Positions 38,593-52,563 of a DNA stretch of 64,000 nucleotides are shown in pieces. The position numbers and the translations under genes were made by a program. Positions within the stretch are counted from its first letter, which is position 1. Each line of letters begins with the position of its first letter. The notes under the pieces were generated by a model. That model was not told the DNA's origin. It did no database searches and worked only from the letters and a program-made list of their open reading frames with translations. Where the stretch lies: contig MU058844.1 of NCBI GenBank assembly GCA_013265495.1, positions 13,724,184-13,788,183 on the forward strand, written 5' to 3'. The stretch is from Vicugna vicugna (taxonomy: Eukaryota).

Positions 38593-40949
38593 CATTGTGT
38601 TTTAGAAGAGAATTCAGAAAGAAAATTTCAGTGTCCACACTTTGCAGTCTTTCTTACTGTTTTAGCATTAGTGCCAAACAGATTTTCCAACTGAACATAT
38701 TCATGGTGCTACACATTGTCTACTATTCCTCTAGCTCTCATTTTTGAAACAGTTAGTGTTCAAATAGAGATAGATAACTTCTCCAGCTGTCTAATGACAC
38801 CACTGCCAGAACAACAAAGATGGTTGGGCCTTTGCCAGAGGTGATTTCTGTGGTCCCAGAGCTGGAGAAAGGGTAAAATTTAATAGCAATTGCAATCAAA
38901 TGTTATTTTACTAACATACCCCTGTATTCTTGTCTTTTCTTGTTGGCTTTCGTGCAACTTCTGTTTGCATGTTAATAGCCTCTTCCTGGTATATGTCACT
39001 CAAAAAAGGTAGGATGATTGCAAAAAAGAGGGCTTTTAATTATTACTGAATAATTGCACACTAAGGCTATGTCATTGAAGGAAAACTCAGTAACTGCTAA
39101 TGAGCTATGCAGAAATCCATTTTCTTATTTCAGGTGTGTTTTTAAATTTATAGGTATATGCATTCTTAACTTCTGGCAATCGAATTTCTCATAATTTTCT
39201 TTTATAGTCTTCAGGTTGTTTTATTTATGTTATTAGTTGTGCTATTTTCAGACAGGCAATAGTCCATGGGCAATTAAACGTTAATTAAGCCGTCTACTCC
39301 ATGACGTACTTTGGACAAAGTTGCTTCTTGCTTCAGTTTGGTTCCACAATCATTCTCGTTGGCCTTCACTGTGTCTCTTCTGCAAATAGCTCTCCTCACG
39401 AGCAGTGCCAGCCCTCCCCACTGTGAGTTCCCCATGATTCTGTAAGTGAGGAACAAGCAGGTGAAGGAATGCAGCTGAGAAAATAAGGACAAAGAAAGAG
39501 GCTGGAACAGAAGAGCATACCCTATAACTGTAATTCAGTAAGAGTGATTTTCTAGGGTTTGGTAAATTGTCTCTTGAAGTTGGTTGCAACAGAGGACTTC
39601 TAAAAATGTTTTGAACAATGGCAATGTCATACTAAGGGCATAATCTCCAAGCAGAAGTGTGTTCTTCAGTACCCAAGTCCTTTGAGATGCTGCATCATAA
39701 AAAACAAATTCGGTTTGAGAAATGAGTCACACTCTATCTCTGCTTTTCCACTCGATTCACAGTGCACATTGTGCATTAAGCCTCTGAGAATCCCATTTAA
39801 AACAAAAAGGGAAATTGCCTATCTTCTCGTTTTTTCCCCTCAATCATACAGTTTCATGGAATATCTTTCATAAAATGCTGTCCTTAGGGCACTTTTTGAA
39901 AGGAGGAGGTCATATGATTGTTTAATCTGAGTTTTGATTTGTGTGTTTTTAAAGCCATTACTATAGAGTCACATATTGCAGGGAGGGCTAATGAAAGGAC
40001 AGGGACAACTGGGAGTCATGTATCTAAGTTAAACCGCAGGACTGAAGTGAGAAAATACGATTTTGTGCAACTGTGTGCCTTTGAGTTTGGCCACTGTTGA
40101 AGACAAAATTTGAGGGGTCTGATCACATGATTCCATAAGAGAGTAAGGAATCAAGAGCTAGAAAATAAAAAAGTAACATGAAAATAAGGATGTCTTCATG
40201 CAAGTCACCAGCAGACCTCTCAATCATAGAAAAGGCTGGTGAAATCTGTCACCTTGTAAATAAGCAAGATTCTTTCTCACCTAGTAATCTTTCTTTTAGG
40301 ATTAATTATAAGAAAATACATGAGATATAAGGAAACAAATTTTTGCACAAAAATGTTCCTTGACTATTTTATATTAGTGAAAATTTTGAAATAACTTAAT
40401 TTTCAGCAAAGGGAGATAAGATATATATATATAAATTATGGCAATTCATATAATGGAATATTACTGTGGTGTGAAAACAATGTTTAAAAAAAGTCTTAGT
40501 AATATCAAAAAAATACTTGTAAAATGTTATCATAGTAGGTTTAAATTTTACTTATTTGATATAGTATTAGTAATTTAAATAAATATATGGTGAATAATTC
40601 CTGACAACTAGTAAAAAGTAATTTATATAACTGAATTATAGAGATTTGAAATCATTTACTTTTTCATCCTAAAAAATTATGTATTTCTAAGTTTTGTCCA
40701 GTGGTCATTTGTTAACTTTATAAAAAATATGAGTGTACCAATTTTAAAAAGCATGTTTCTAAGGTATAGCAGGGTGTGCAAATGAAGCTCTTAGCACTGA
40801 AGATGTAGCAGGTCAGGAATTCTGTAAGTCTTTCTGCTTTAAAGGAATTCATAAAATTATCAAAAATCTCACCTCAAATGTCTAAACTCTAATGCACACC
40901 GCAAGAGAAATTATCAGTGAGAAAAGTTAAGTACCCAGTTTAATTTTTA

Positions 40950-41350
40950 TGTATTTATTGGTAAGATAAACTTACTGAGCTTCATGCCTACCGAGTGCTA
41001 CTGGTGCTGGAGATGATCTCTAGGTTGGGGAGTGATAGAGTCTAACTGGAGTCTGGAGATGCAACAAACAGGTCAACAGACAATTCATGAGAGATGTACA
41101 CAGACTGTCTGAGGAACCCATAGAATGAGCATCTAACTCAAACTTAAAAATTTGGAGAGATTTCCTTGTGGAGGCCATGCTGAGTCAAATGACATGTTCA
41201 GTGTAGGCAGGAAAAGAGTCAGAAGAAAGATGTTCTTGGAAGAGGGGGCAACTCTGGGAATGCCTCAGGTATGAGGGCGCCCCCTGCCCCAAGTCAGTCA
41301 TTTTGGCTTGAGAAGAGTACAGAGGTGCAGAAGGAGTAGTGAGGAAGAGC
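40950..41350 (-). mobile_element. L2 fragment
   Basis: TTACTGAGC..GTGCTACTGGTGCTGGAGAT...GAGCATCTAACTCA..GATTTCCTTGTGGAGG. Confidence 0.55.
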
Positions 41351-42209
41351 CCAGTGTTTTCTTCAGAATGTTCTAGAAGAATTCTCAAAGGTGCCTAAAG
41401 AAAATTTCCAAAAGCCTAGGATTTGTACTCTTTTATACTATGATTTCACTGATACACCTCTATTTTCTTTATTGGCATTACAATGAGATTGAAATTAATA
41501 ACTAAAGTAACATTTGTAGGCGACTGTGATAATAATTTATTTAGTGGACAGCAGATTTTATACCTTTCTGTTTTCAGAAATACATACAGATTGAATAAGT
41601 ATACAAATGAATAAATCACATAAACTTAGTTGCATGTGTTACCATTGTGCCAGTCCAAGGATGTCTCATAACTCCTTCCTCTACTATCTGATTAAATATG
41701 GCACCTGTTACCATTCCTATAAAGGGTTACACATTAAGTCTTTTTTGTAACTCCTGATTAGTCTGTTTCTTCTATGAGAAAATTCAACAGATCTTATATC
41801 ATTTCAGATGTAGAATCTACTCTGACCATATGTTCTCCGTATCCTCGCAGCTTTGCACCTCTGTCCCCTTCAAAACAGCTTGCATTCACATGTCTATTAA
41901 TGAATATTTACATTCTAAAAATTTTCCATGAGAATGTTGCCTGTCATGGCCATGCTCAGCCTTGATTCTGAAAAAAGAGGATTGGGCATGGAACCACCAC
42001 AAGTATTTAAACTCTGTTCTGTCTCTGAGGATTCACAGATCATTTCACAAGCAGACACTTAAGTACGTGAGTGGCTCTTCAATTAATGCATCATACAGGA
42101 CTAGATGAATATTTTGAATATAATCTTTCCCAGGTGCTGTGAGATAATTAAAAGAGATACTGTGCCTGGTGACCCTGACATTTCCTAATTTCAGGAAGGA
42201 AATACAGTT

Positions 42210-42430
42210 TGGCAGCACATTGTATCAGGCAGCGTAAGGGAGTGAAAAGAAGGGCCTGGCAGAGTTAGATCTGGGTTTGCACACCTGCTCTGCCAATTAA
42301 GTAACTGACTTCCAGGAAGTTACCGCTCTTTCCTTGCTGAAAAAGGGGATGCGGTAAGGGTTAAGTGAGAAAAATATATAAATTGACTTCACATAGAAAG
42401 TACTTATCTAATGGTTAATATTATTATTAG
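42210..42430 (+). mobile_element. MIR SINE
   Basis: GATCTGGGTTTGCACACCTGCTCTGCCA...GGGTTAAGTGAGA...AATGGTTAATATTATTATTA. Confidence 0.65.
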
Positions 42431-42789
42431 CAATTAAATCCAGTGCTATTAACCTAGGTTTCTTTAGCCTAGTCAATCGGCATTTACGGAGACTCCCAAC
42501 CAGATGATTAAGTTGGCACTGGTAAGTATCTGCTATTGAATATTACCAAAAAATGTTCAGATTTATTTATTTTTGTGTTTCTTCAAAATAGAAGACTCTA
42601 TGTTAATGGGGCTACACAAGTTACTATACCAATCCTTGTAGAATTTGCATCTAGAAACTATGAACCTATTATTACAATCAAATCAAAATGTAATAATAGT
42701 GGGTATACAGGGAACATATAGAGGATGGACCTAACCAAGCCAAGGTGTTCTGAGAAAACCTACAGGAATTAAAGTTTATAGAGATTCTT

Positions 42790-43163
42790 TTTGAAAATTT
42801 GAAGTATAGTTAATTCACAATGCTGTGCTGGTTTCAGGTGTCCAGCAAAGTGATTGTTATACATACTATACATTCTTTTTCATTTTCGATTATTACAGGA
42901 TATTGAATGTAGGTCCCTGTGCATAGGGAACTTAGGTCCTTGCTGTTTGTCTATTTTATATATAGTAGTGTGTTTATGTTACTCCCAAACTCCTAATTTA
43001 TTCCTCTCCCCTCCTCTCGCCTTCCCCTTTGGTAACCGTCAGTTTGTTTTCTATATCTGCACGTCTATTTCTGTTTTGTAAGTAAGTTCATTTGTATCAT
43101 TTATTTTTTAGATTCCACATGTAAGTGATATCATATGATATTTGTCTTTCTCTGTCTGACATG
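42790..43163 (-). mobile_element. 5'-truncated cetartiodactyl-type L1 3' end with 18-bp TSD, nested in an L2
   Basis: TTGAAGTATAGTTAATTCACAATG...TTTGGTAACC..AGTTTGTTTTCTAT...TTTTAGATTCCACATGTAAGTGATATCATATG. TSD AAGTTTATAGAGATTCTT (42772-42789) / AAGTTTATATAGATTCTT (43164-43181). Confidence 0.92.
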
Positions 43164-43181
43164 AAGTTTATATAGATTCTT

Positions 43182-43580
43182 GAAGGAAGAGTGTGGATTA
43201 GGAGAAGGGGGTATGAACAGGAAATGTGTGTGAGCTGCGAGAGGAATGGTGCCAGGTGGACGAGGGGTGAGAGTGGTACCCTTGAGGGAGCTGGGTAAGG
43301 CTGGAGCTCAGAGAATCTGGTGAGGGGAGAGCGGACAGAGAGGGTGGCCAGTTGCAAAGGCAGATGGAGACTGTGGAGAGTCCGGTGAGCCACGTAAAGG
43401 ACTTTGAACTTATCCCAAGAGCAATGAGACTTTAGTGAAGGATTTGCTGCAAGTGAGTGACAGTATCCATTTTAAGTTTTGGAGGTATCATTGCTACAGT
43501 TTGGAGGATGGATAAAAGAGCAAGGGCAAGAATGGAAGGAGAACAACCAGTGAAGGAGGCGTTACGCTAATCTAGGCAAG
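43182..43580 (-). mobile_element. L2 fragment (continuation of a piece at ~42470-42770)
   Basis: AAGGACTTTGAACTTATCCCAAGAGCAATG..GTGAAGGATTT..GAGTGACA...CCAGTGAAGGAGGC..TAATCTAGGCAAGA. Confidence 0.65.
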
Positions 43581-44694
43581 ATTTTTATGTGTCAGCATCT
43601 TAGTGTCCTTCCCCTCGTGGCGAACTGTCATGAGGTTTTTGCCTATATGGAAGTGTACACAGTGAACAACACACCTGAATGACAACAGGTTTCTTAAAAA
43701 CAAAACAACTTTTTACTGGACAATCTGGAATTTACTCTTTATATTTTTTTTAACTGAGAAAAATAATAGCAGCTTCACTTTTCTTTGATCAGTAAAATAT
43801 TTTATTCAGTTTACTTTCAAATTCCAGAGTAAAACCAATTTCTGTTATTAAAGTTATGGGCCCATCTCAGGGGGAGATGACATTTCATATTCTTACATAC
43901 TTTAATGGTGAGGAGACGGGGATATTATTCAGTTGGACTTGAAAAGAAGCATAATGATCATGTTAAAATTCTTAACATATGTAGATAATATTTCAAAGAC
44001 ACATCAAAGCCTTACAGAAATTTCAAATGTAGCTTGCTTTTCTCTCTAGGGTCTTGTCATTTCCTGGTCTTTCCAGTAACTGATTATTTTATTCCTAAAT
44101 TTGACCGATAATTTCGGTGCATTGGCAGAGTAGTTTTTGTATTTTTTAAAAATTTTCTGAAAAGGAAGTTTAAATATTTTTACTATGGTAGATATCTGCT
44201 ATTTAATAGGCAATAATTTGTTTTAGAAATGATCATGGTTATAGAAGCTCCTGCTTGCTTCTCACAAAGGATTTGTCGAATTCAAGCTTGAGGTCTCTGT
44301 ATGAGCAGTCTGTTTGTGGGGAATATTTGAGCTGAGGGCACCAAAATCTCTGCATCATGTTACGTTGTTATGATGCCAGAAAACTTCTGGTAGTGGAGTC
44401 ACTCCTTTCAGTTGATGCATTGTGGTTTTTCAATGTCTCTGTTGACATGTAAATGTGTTTCCTGGGAGGGATAACCTTGTTGGGCTCTTTTCAGCCACAG
44501 ACACTACCATAAATTAGTGATCAGGTCGCTAATTGCTCCATCAGTGAGGGTTCTGAAAGATGTAAGAAGCCAAGAACAATGTGTTTTGGGATAGAAAGTC
44601 GGAATGATAATGTATTTATTTATTCTGTCCCTCCTGCTCTGCAGTTAGACATCTTGTGTCCCTAGCCCCCAGCACAGTGCCTGGCACAAAATAG

Positions 44695-45030
44695 CCCACA
44701 ATCTCTTGTCCTCGATTCTCAAATCCTGGGGGTGGGGGACAGAAATCTTTGGAAAAAGAACCTTTTTTTAGTAATTTTTTTACTGATTTTCAGTAAAACT
44801 CGTCCTGAAGTGAGGTGAGGCTATTTATAGTCTTTATTTATCCCACTTAGAGCGAATGTTTTGATTGCTGCAGAAATATTAATGTGCTTGATTATAGGGT
44901 GCTTCCCCAGGCCCTGCTGGAGGTGTTATATAACATGTGTTAAAGGTACTGTATTGCTTTTCTGCAATCAAAAAAATTCAGAATTCTGAAATACATCTGG
45001 CCCTAAGGGTTTTGAGAAAGAGACTGAAGA
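44695..45030. mobile_element. MER46C-like TcMar-Tigger DNA transposon
   Basis: GTGAGGCTATTTATAGTCTTTATTTATCCCACTTAG..GCTGCAGAAATATTAATGTG.TTGATTATAGGGTGCT.CCCCAG...GAATTCTGAAATACATCTGGCCC.AAGGGTTT. Confidence 0.8.
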
Positions 45031-45118
45031 TCTTGGAAAGTACCACATATGCAATGCTTCCCACGAGTCAGGCAGGATATTGTGTGCTCACACATATCAC
45101 TTTGTTAAAGCACGTGTG

Positions 45119-45545
45119 AGAGGCAGCTGATGCAGAATGCAAAGAAGAGGGATTTGAAAGCTAAACTACCTGGCTTGGAGTCTCAGCTCTACTGTTTAAC
45201 CACCTACATGCTTTTGGGTGCTGTCCTTTTCCTCCTTTTACCTCTGTTTCTTGTCTGAAAATAGAGAGGACATTTCCTTAGTGGATTGTAGTGGGGATTA
45301 AATGATTTAAGAGATGCAAAGCACCCATGGCTATGGCTTCACAGAATTATTATCATTAAGCATTTTGACAGAACTGTGATATTGGCACAATGATCTGCAT
45401 TTAATAGATGAAGAAACTGAGATCTGGTGAAGTTGAATAACTCGCCCGTGTGTACACAGCTGGAAAGCCATTGAGAATGGTTTGATTCCATATCTGTGAT
45501 GTCATCAAGTCTGTGCTTTTCAGTGTTGTACTCTATTGCTTCTCT
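45119..45545. mobile_element. Tail-to-tail MIR pair (+ ~45119-45330; - ~45345-45545)
   Basis: CCTGGCTTGGAGTCTCAGCTCTAC...GGGGATTAAATGA (+) and ATTTAATAGATGAAGAAACTGAG..GTACACAGCT (-). Confidence 0.7.
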
Positions 45546-48500
45546 GCAGAAAAGGTGTTCTAATGAACTGCTTGGAATGAAAATACTGAGAAAATGAGAG
45601 GCTGCTTGGGGAAGGTGAGGTGGTAGGCACCCTAGTAAGGGGCCCTTGGCCACCGTGAAAGAGTGGATGCGTATATTTAAGGGAGGAGGCAGAAATCAAA
45701 GGCCGAGATAAAGTATTAAATATAACTCTTTCTACTCTACAGTATGGCTTAGGATTGGTCGTATCTGCTGTGGTGTAGATCTGCAGATATGTCCTGTAGC
45801 GGCAAAGAGAGACTGGAAAAAGGATGATTGGAAAAGTGAAAAAATATTATTTTAGAAGTAGGGAAGCACTTTATTTTATGACCAGAGTTAATTATTCTTA
45901 TAAAAAGGATAAGGGATTATTATTATTATTTTTAATTTTAATTAGGCCATCTGTCTTCACCCCTGAGATCACAGCTCAGCTGCATTTTAAATGAATTGAT
46001 CTTTGAATTTTGCCTTCCATTTCCATGGGAATCCTGGAAATAAATCCATCAAGTTCCTTGCTTTACCCTGAGGACCATTATTGTCAATCCTGAAAACCGT
46101 CCACTAAGGCTGTCTTTTCAAGTATTTATTTTGAAGCATTGTACTTGACATGTTAGAAGAACAAAAAGTATGCAACTGTGTGTGAGTAAATCAGAAAATT
46201 GTGAAGAAATTGGTGTTTTTGAAAAGGCATGAATTATCCAAAACACTATGAAAGACATTGACAATTACCAAAAATTACACCAAGAATGATTTGAACCTGT
46301 CTAGTTTTATAACGTATTCTAAATCTTCAAAGAATGATAATTTTCACAGTATATAATTTATTTCAGAGCATTGGAAGAGATTTTATAAAAAGATATCAAG
46401 TAAGTTTATGAAACTCTTGTTTTAAATCTGATGGAGTAACCCTTATAGCAAACTCACCTACAAATATAGAATGCAAAATTACTAACTGAAATTCTTGCAA
46501 ATTGAATTTAAATATATATTAAAATATTGATCTACCATAATCAGGTAGTAGTTATTTTAGGCATTAGAGTGGTAACTTAATATTATGAAATACATGTTAA
46601 AACGAATCACATCAAAACATAAAATAAGAAATAATAAACAGTTTGCATGACTTGAAATCAAAGGAAATAACAAAACTTAATTGGGAAAGAGTGTTTAACA
46701 ATAAATTGCACACACCATATTTATTAGTTTTCTTTATGCCAAGGAATAATTTGTGATGATATCGAACTAGTTTATAAACAGACCTAATATGTAATAAAAG
46801 AGGTTTCGTATTGTTAGAAATTAACAGCACCCATTCAACAACATGGAGACTTACATGCATAAATTAACCGAAATACATCAGTAGGTCTGGGGAAAAAAAA
46901 ATCACGTTGACTTTTAAGTCTTTTTTCTCATAGAATTGGAACTGATATCCAATCATGTGGATTTTTTTTTTTAATTGTAAGTTTCTTCTTGTCCTCTGAT
47001 TTAAGGGACTTTTCTTGAACTATTTGTCAGATTTACTTCTTATGTATTTTAACCAATGAGAAAAATAAATCTAAGATTGATAAAAATGATAAATGGTCTT
47101 TTTTCTAAGGACAATTGATTTTCACTTTTTAAAAATTAATTGCCCTCTGAATGTTTATAGACAAGTCAAGCACTGTATCATTTCCTGCAGAAAGCTTGAT
47201 TTTTACCAGTGCTCTGGTTCAACCTTAGAATTGAACTATTTAATCTTATAATAGTGTATGCACCAAATACTGTTGGAACCTGCGGGTGAAATTCTTTAGA
47301 ATGATGTGATTTAATTCTTACTCCTTCATTATCATTGTTCCTTTAGTATATTTCTGTTTTTCATAGTTAGTCTTAAAAGTGAGATTTCCTTCTGGTTTGT
47401 TTTCTATAAGGATGAAACATTTAAGCCCAAAGATAAAATATGCACAGGGTGGTTATTATCTGATCTGTTAGTTCATTGGTCTCAGAACCTTACTATTCAT
47501 GATTTTTTTTCCTTTTCTGAACAAGGGCTGAAATGCTTGCACCTTTATGAAATGGTAGTGATACTAACTGTATAATATAATTATTGTTAAAAATAAGCAG
47601 GATGGATATGTTCCTTAACTCCAAATTACTTGCTTCATGCTGGCAGTTTGGATCCTTCTGTATCAAAGGCAGAAGTATTTTGTGCTATACTATCTTATTT
47701 TTCTTCACTACAGTTTTGTGACCTCCTTTTCTGATGGTGGTGAATTTTTGTTATTGTTATTGTTTTGTTTGACTACCTTCCCATTTGAGGGCTGCACGGC
47801 TCTGAATAAGTTGCATGTTTACAAAGTTGGTAAGCTGCGAAACCAATTTCTAAACTCGGAGTTTTTACTCCAAATCTAGGGTACTTTTTACTTTACAGTG
47901 AAGTCTTTAAAAAGGTTTTTTAACAGTTAATAAAATGCAATTTCAAGAAATGAACTTTCCACATTGCCTTCACCAACATAACTCTGCTAAATGAATTTGA
48001 TGTCGATTACATAAAGAGCTTCAGGAAGCATTTTTGCCGGCCCTGTGAATCAGTTTTTCAGTTTAATTCCTACCTACCACCTGATTTCTTTTTGGAAAGG
48101 CCAATTTCTAGGGAGAGCTAGTAGACCTACGCATCCATGCTGATTTGTGTGGTTCAGTAGAACTGCGTCACTAAGCTTAGACATAGGTTGTGATGAAAGA
48201 CAGAGAGTGTCTTGACTACTTCATTAGTATTTCTTGTTGAGCCGTGCCTTCAGTGTGTTCCTTGGGATAATTATATTACAAAAGTTGAGAGGATTAACCA
48301 ATATTCTCATTCAGTACTGCACATTCCGGAAGACATGGCATTGTCACTAGATTCTTGGACAAGGTTTTTAGTCTGTCGGGTTATCACCTTTAGTGTGTTA
48401 ATACATAAGACAAGAACATTGTTGTTTACCTCTGTTCCCCACTTTCTTCCTTCATAAAATAATTCTGATTTTGTTTAGGTAGCCACTAGTTTCTGTATCC

Positions 48501-49227
48501 AGCTATATGTTTCAGGTGATGCTGACCCCAACCCAGATACATTGGTAGGTGGGAACTTAATTTTCCTTCTAATCTCAAGATGAGAATTTAATTTTCCTTC
48601 TCTGTAGACATCATATCTGGATGTGATGACAAACTATGGTTTGATGGTCGAGGAAATGAACACAAGGGATCTTAGAGCAGAAAAATTGAATGAATCTGGC
48701 CATTTAATGATCTAAGTAAGCTGCTGAGTGAGCCAGCATTCAAGCCTCTATATCCTCTGGTTTTCATAAAACTTAAGATGAATTTTCTGATGTTTTAAAT
48801 CAGTTTTAGTCAGTATTCTTTGTTGATTGCAGCTGAAAGCATCTTAGTTTATGCAATTCCCAAATTTCCTTTTACTTTAATGATTCTTTAAAAATATGTG
48901 TTATATATTATAATTATTGAGATTGCACAGTAAGCTTATAGAATTAAAAGCACATTTCCTGAACCCTGTGTATATTCATGGAATAACGTTACTTTTTCCT
49001 GGTGTTTATTCACTGTTCTTTTTGTCAGGATGTAGGGGAATAGGTCAGATTTTATTACATAGTCTAATATAAGTTTATTAAATCTTCCTCCTTAATTTTT
49101 ACTTCATCCTTTAGCAACTTTTCCTGAAAAATAGTTCTTGTTTTTTTATGTTTTCATGTTAAAACTTGATTATAATATTTACAATACAAAATAATAAAAG
49201 CATTTCAACTATAATTCCATTGCTTTA

Positions 49228-49608
49228 TATTATGGGCTGAATTGTAGTCCTCCAAATTTTACGTGTTGAGGCCCTAACCCTCAGTACCTCATAATGTGAC
49301 ATATTGAAGATAGGGACTTTAAAGAAGAAAATAAGTTAAAATGAGTCATTAGGGTGGGGCTTAATCCAATTTGAGTGGTGTCCTTATAAGAAGAGGAGAT
49401 TAGGACCCAGAGAGAGACACTGAGGATAAAAATGACCATGTGAGGACACAACAACAAGGTGACCATCTCCTTGTCAAGAAGAGAGGTCATGGAAGAAACC
49501 AAACCTTGTCAACTCTTTGATCTCCAGAATTGTAACAAGATTAATTTCTGTTGTTAAAGTCACCTAGTCTGTTGTATTTTGTTACAGCAGCTGTAGCAAA
49601 CTACTACA
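49228..49608 (+). mobile_element. MLT1 (MLT1A/B-like) solo LTR
   Basis: TATTATGGGCTGAATTGT...GGCCCTAACCCTCAGTACCTC...GGTGTCCTTATAAGAAGAGGAGA...GTATTTTGTTACAGCAGC..AGCAAACTACTACA. TSD CTTTA/CTCTA. Confidence 0.88.
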
Positions 49609-50039
49609 CTCTAAAACAAGTGCTTTCATTTCTTTCTGTTCTCCATGTGCAGAGTGGAAGCACAGAGTATAATAGTTTGAAGCATTGTTTTACTTCACTT
49701 TCTTAAGACTTTCATATTGTTGGAGTCTTCTTTATATTTTTTGATGAAACATGATCTTCCATCAATATGTTTCTTTTTTACTATTATACATTAAATTATT
49801 GAGAACATTATTGAGGCATTAGTGGTAAGAATATATTTGAAAGTACACGTATTTTTTTCTCTTTGAATTTTTGTGACAAACTCTCAGGACTTAGGTTGGT
49901 CACAAATATTTTTAACGTCCTTTAATAAGAATTGCTAAATTAATACACAAAGAGAGTATATAAATTCACAATATTATTTGAAATCAATCATTCTACCTGT
50001 TTCTAATGTTGAAGTGGTAAGGATTCATTGTTAACTGAA

Positions 50040-51000
50040 GTAGGGGAAGACATAGTTCAATCAGATCAATAGATCACTCTTACTGTAATTAGGAAAATGG
50101 GTTTATAGAAATGAAAGCAAGCGTGGCAGTAGGGAGGTAGGAGGCTCCACTAGTGATTAATTCAATTAAGGCAACACTAGTAAATATGAAAAAGGGACTT
50201 GGATTTGATATGTGTTAAGAACATAATTTTAACACAATGTCAAAACGATTATGTATAGAGGGTAAAAGAGAAAGAGTCAGATAACTCCCAGGTTTTGGTC
50301 TCAGTGACAGGTATCATTAATTGAGATTGAGATTATAAGATAAAGATGATAAATACATTTTAGGTGTGTTGAATTGATGTGTTTGTGGGACATGCAGATG
50401 TATGGGTCCGTCAGGTACTTGAATATATGCCTGAAACTTAGTGAGAGGAAGGCCTGGGATATATTAGAGGGCCCAAAGGCAAGCATATTGACTAATGAGA
50501 ATAGTACCCCAAGTACAGAACCCTGGAAGGTGGCAAAATGTAAAGAGTGGGCAGGGAAGAAGTCACACAGTAGCTTGATCAATAATGGTCATGGAGGTAA
50601 GATGTCATCATCTAGGACAGGGCCAGCCATCAAACTAAGGAAGTAAAACATTTATAAAAGATTCAAGTAAAGGCCAGCATACCATGTACAGTCTACAGCT
50701 CCAATAATATAAATCCTGAAGAATGCCTATCCGATTTATCAACATGGTGATAATTGATGACTTTTGGATGAGCAGTTTCTGTGTGGGAAGTTTCCATATT
50801 CCAGTGGGATGAGAGGAAATAGTAAAGTCTAGTATAAAATATTCTTTCAAGAAGATTGTCTAAGAAAGGAAAGTGAAACGTAGGGTTTTGGTAAGAAAGA
50901 ATTGCAGATTCAGAGAACTGGATTTGGATTCAAGGGAAGATACTGTTTGAGGCTGGATGTGACTTGAACATATTCAGAGCCAGGAGACATCAAGAAATTG
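50040..51000 (-). mobile_element. L2 fragment
   Basis: AGAGTCAGATAACTCCCAGGTTTTGG...GTTGAATTGATGTGTTTGTGGGACATGCAG...GAGCAGTTTCTGTG. Confidence 0.65.
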
Positions 51001-51587
51001 AAAAAAAGGAAAATAAATAGATTTTGAAATGAGTCAAGGAAAAGGCAGAAAATGAAATAACTCACAGAAGACTCTTAATATTTCCTAAATGAATAAACAA
51101 ATAGATAAAGGTGAAAGGATTAATGAATAGCACAAGAATCAGTCATCCTCTGAGAATAAAGATAATTGCACAATATTAGATTTAATTGTAGAGAAAATTC
51201 TAAATGGGTCAGGAGATAAGCCAGTTTATGTCTGAGGTTTTGATGATAAAGTAGGAGGTAAGAAGTTGGACAGGACATTTGAAAGGGTGTTAAAGGCTTG
51301 TAACATACATTAAATTACTGAGAAGAAGAGAACTTATCAGGAGGAAAGATTGCTATATAATTGTAATATTATTTGGACTTGAGTTTTCTCAATGAAGAGA
51401 GATGAGTGTGGGCAAATCTCTTGATTCTCATCTTCCTCACATAAGGTGATGGCTAATGCGCATTGCCATGGAGTGTGGTGCGTTGTGTTCTTTTTCTTTG
51501 GTGTATAGTGTTTCTAATTTTTGTATTTTTTTAATGAGGGATTTGAATTGGAGGCTGCAAAGAGTGTGAATCAGGAACAATGTATCT

Positions 51588-52235
51588 GATTTTTATAAAT
51601 TGTGGCAAAATATGCATGATGTAAAATTTACCATTTTAATAATTTTTGAGTGTACAGTTTTATGGCATTAATTAAGTTCACATTGTTGTGCAGCTGTCCA
51701 TCTCTAGAACATTTGCATCTTCCCCCACTGAACACTAACTCCCACCCTATCTTCCCACACCCCTGGCAACCACCATTCTACTTTCTGTCTTGGTGAATTT
51801 GGCTACTCTAGGAATCTCATATAAGAGGAATAATACAATGTTTGTTCTTTTATGACTGGCTTATTTCACTTAACATAATATCCCAAGTTTCATTCATGTT
51901 TTGGAAAAATGTCGACTCAGGTCTTTTTGCCTATTTTTTGACCAAATGGTTTCTGTTGTTGTTATTGACTTAAAGGAGTTCTTATATATTCTAGATAATC
52001 ATTCCCATATCAGATAAATGATTTGAAAACATTTTCTTTCATTCTTGGGTTGTCTTTTCACTCCGTTGATAATGTCCTTTGATACACAAAAGTTTTTAAT
52101 TTTGATGAAGTCCAATGTATCTGTTTTTTCTTTTGTTTATTGTGATTTTGGTGTCGTATCTAAGAAATTATTGCCATATTCAACATCATGATGCTTTTCT
52201 TCTGTATTTTCTTCTAAGACTTCTACAGTATTTTA
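51588..52235 (-). mobile_element. L1MB-like 3' end with an internal deletion near 51910
   Basis: ATTGTGGCAAAATATGCA..AAAATTTACCATTTTAA...CCCTGGCAACCACCATTCTACTTTCTGTCT...GATACACAAAAGTTTTTAATTTTGATGAAGTCCAAT. Confidence 0.85.
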
Positions 52236-52418
52236 TCTGTTCTAATGATAAATTATCACATGAATTACTTTTTAATAGTATAAATAAGAAAATATAATGG
52301 CTAAAATGAAACTGTGGTAACTAATATCTAAAATTAAACTATTAAAAAATGAAAGTAACATATCTCATGGAAAAACTTCCCTACTTAGTGAAAATTAGTC
52401 TACAATAAAACTGCTCCT

Positions 52419-52563
52419 GGGAGGAGGGTATAGCTCAGTGGTAGGGTGCGTGCTTGGGATGCACAAGGTCCTGGGTTCAATCCCCAGTACCTCCGTTAAA
52501 AATAAATAAGTAAACCTAATTACCTTCACCCCACTTCCCCTGCAAAACACATACACATTAAAT
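52419..52563 (+). mobile_element. tRNA-derived SINE, camelid Vic-1-like
   Basis: GGAGGGTATAGCTCAGTGGTAG..TGCGTGCTT..ATGCACAAGGTCCTGGGTTCAATCCCCAGTACCTCC. A box 52431-52441, B box 52474-52484, A-rich tail. Degenerate TSD TAAAACTGCTCCT (52406-52418) / TAAAGCTACTCTT (52564-52576). Confidence 0.85.

Noticed and set aside
52419..52494. Possible tRNA gene
   Set aside because: It lacks a proper acceptor stem and has an A-rich tail and TSD, so it is a SINE head.
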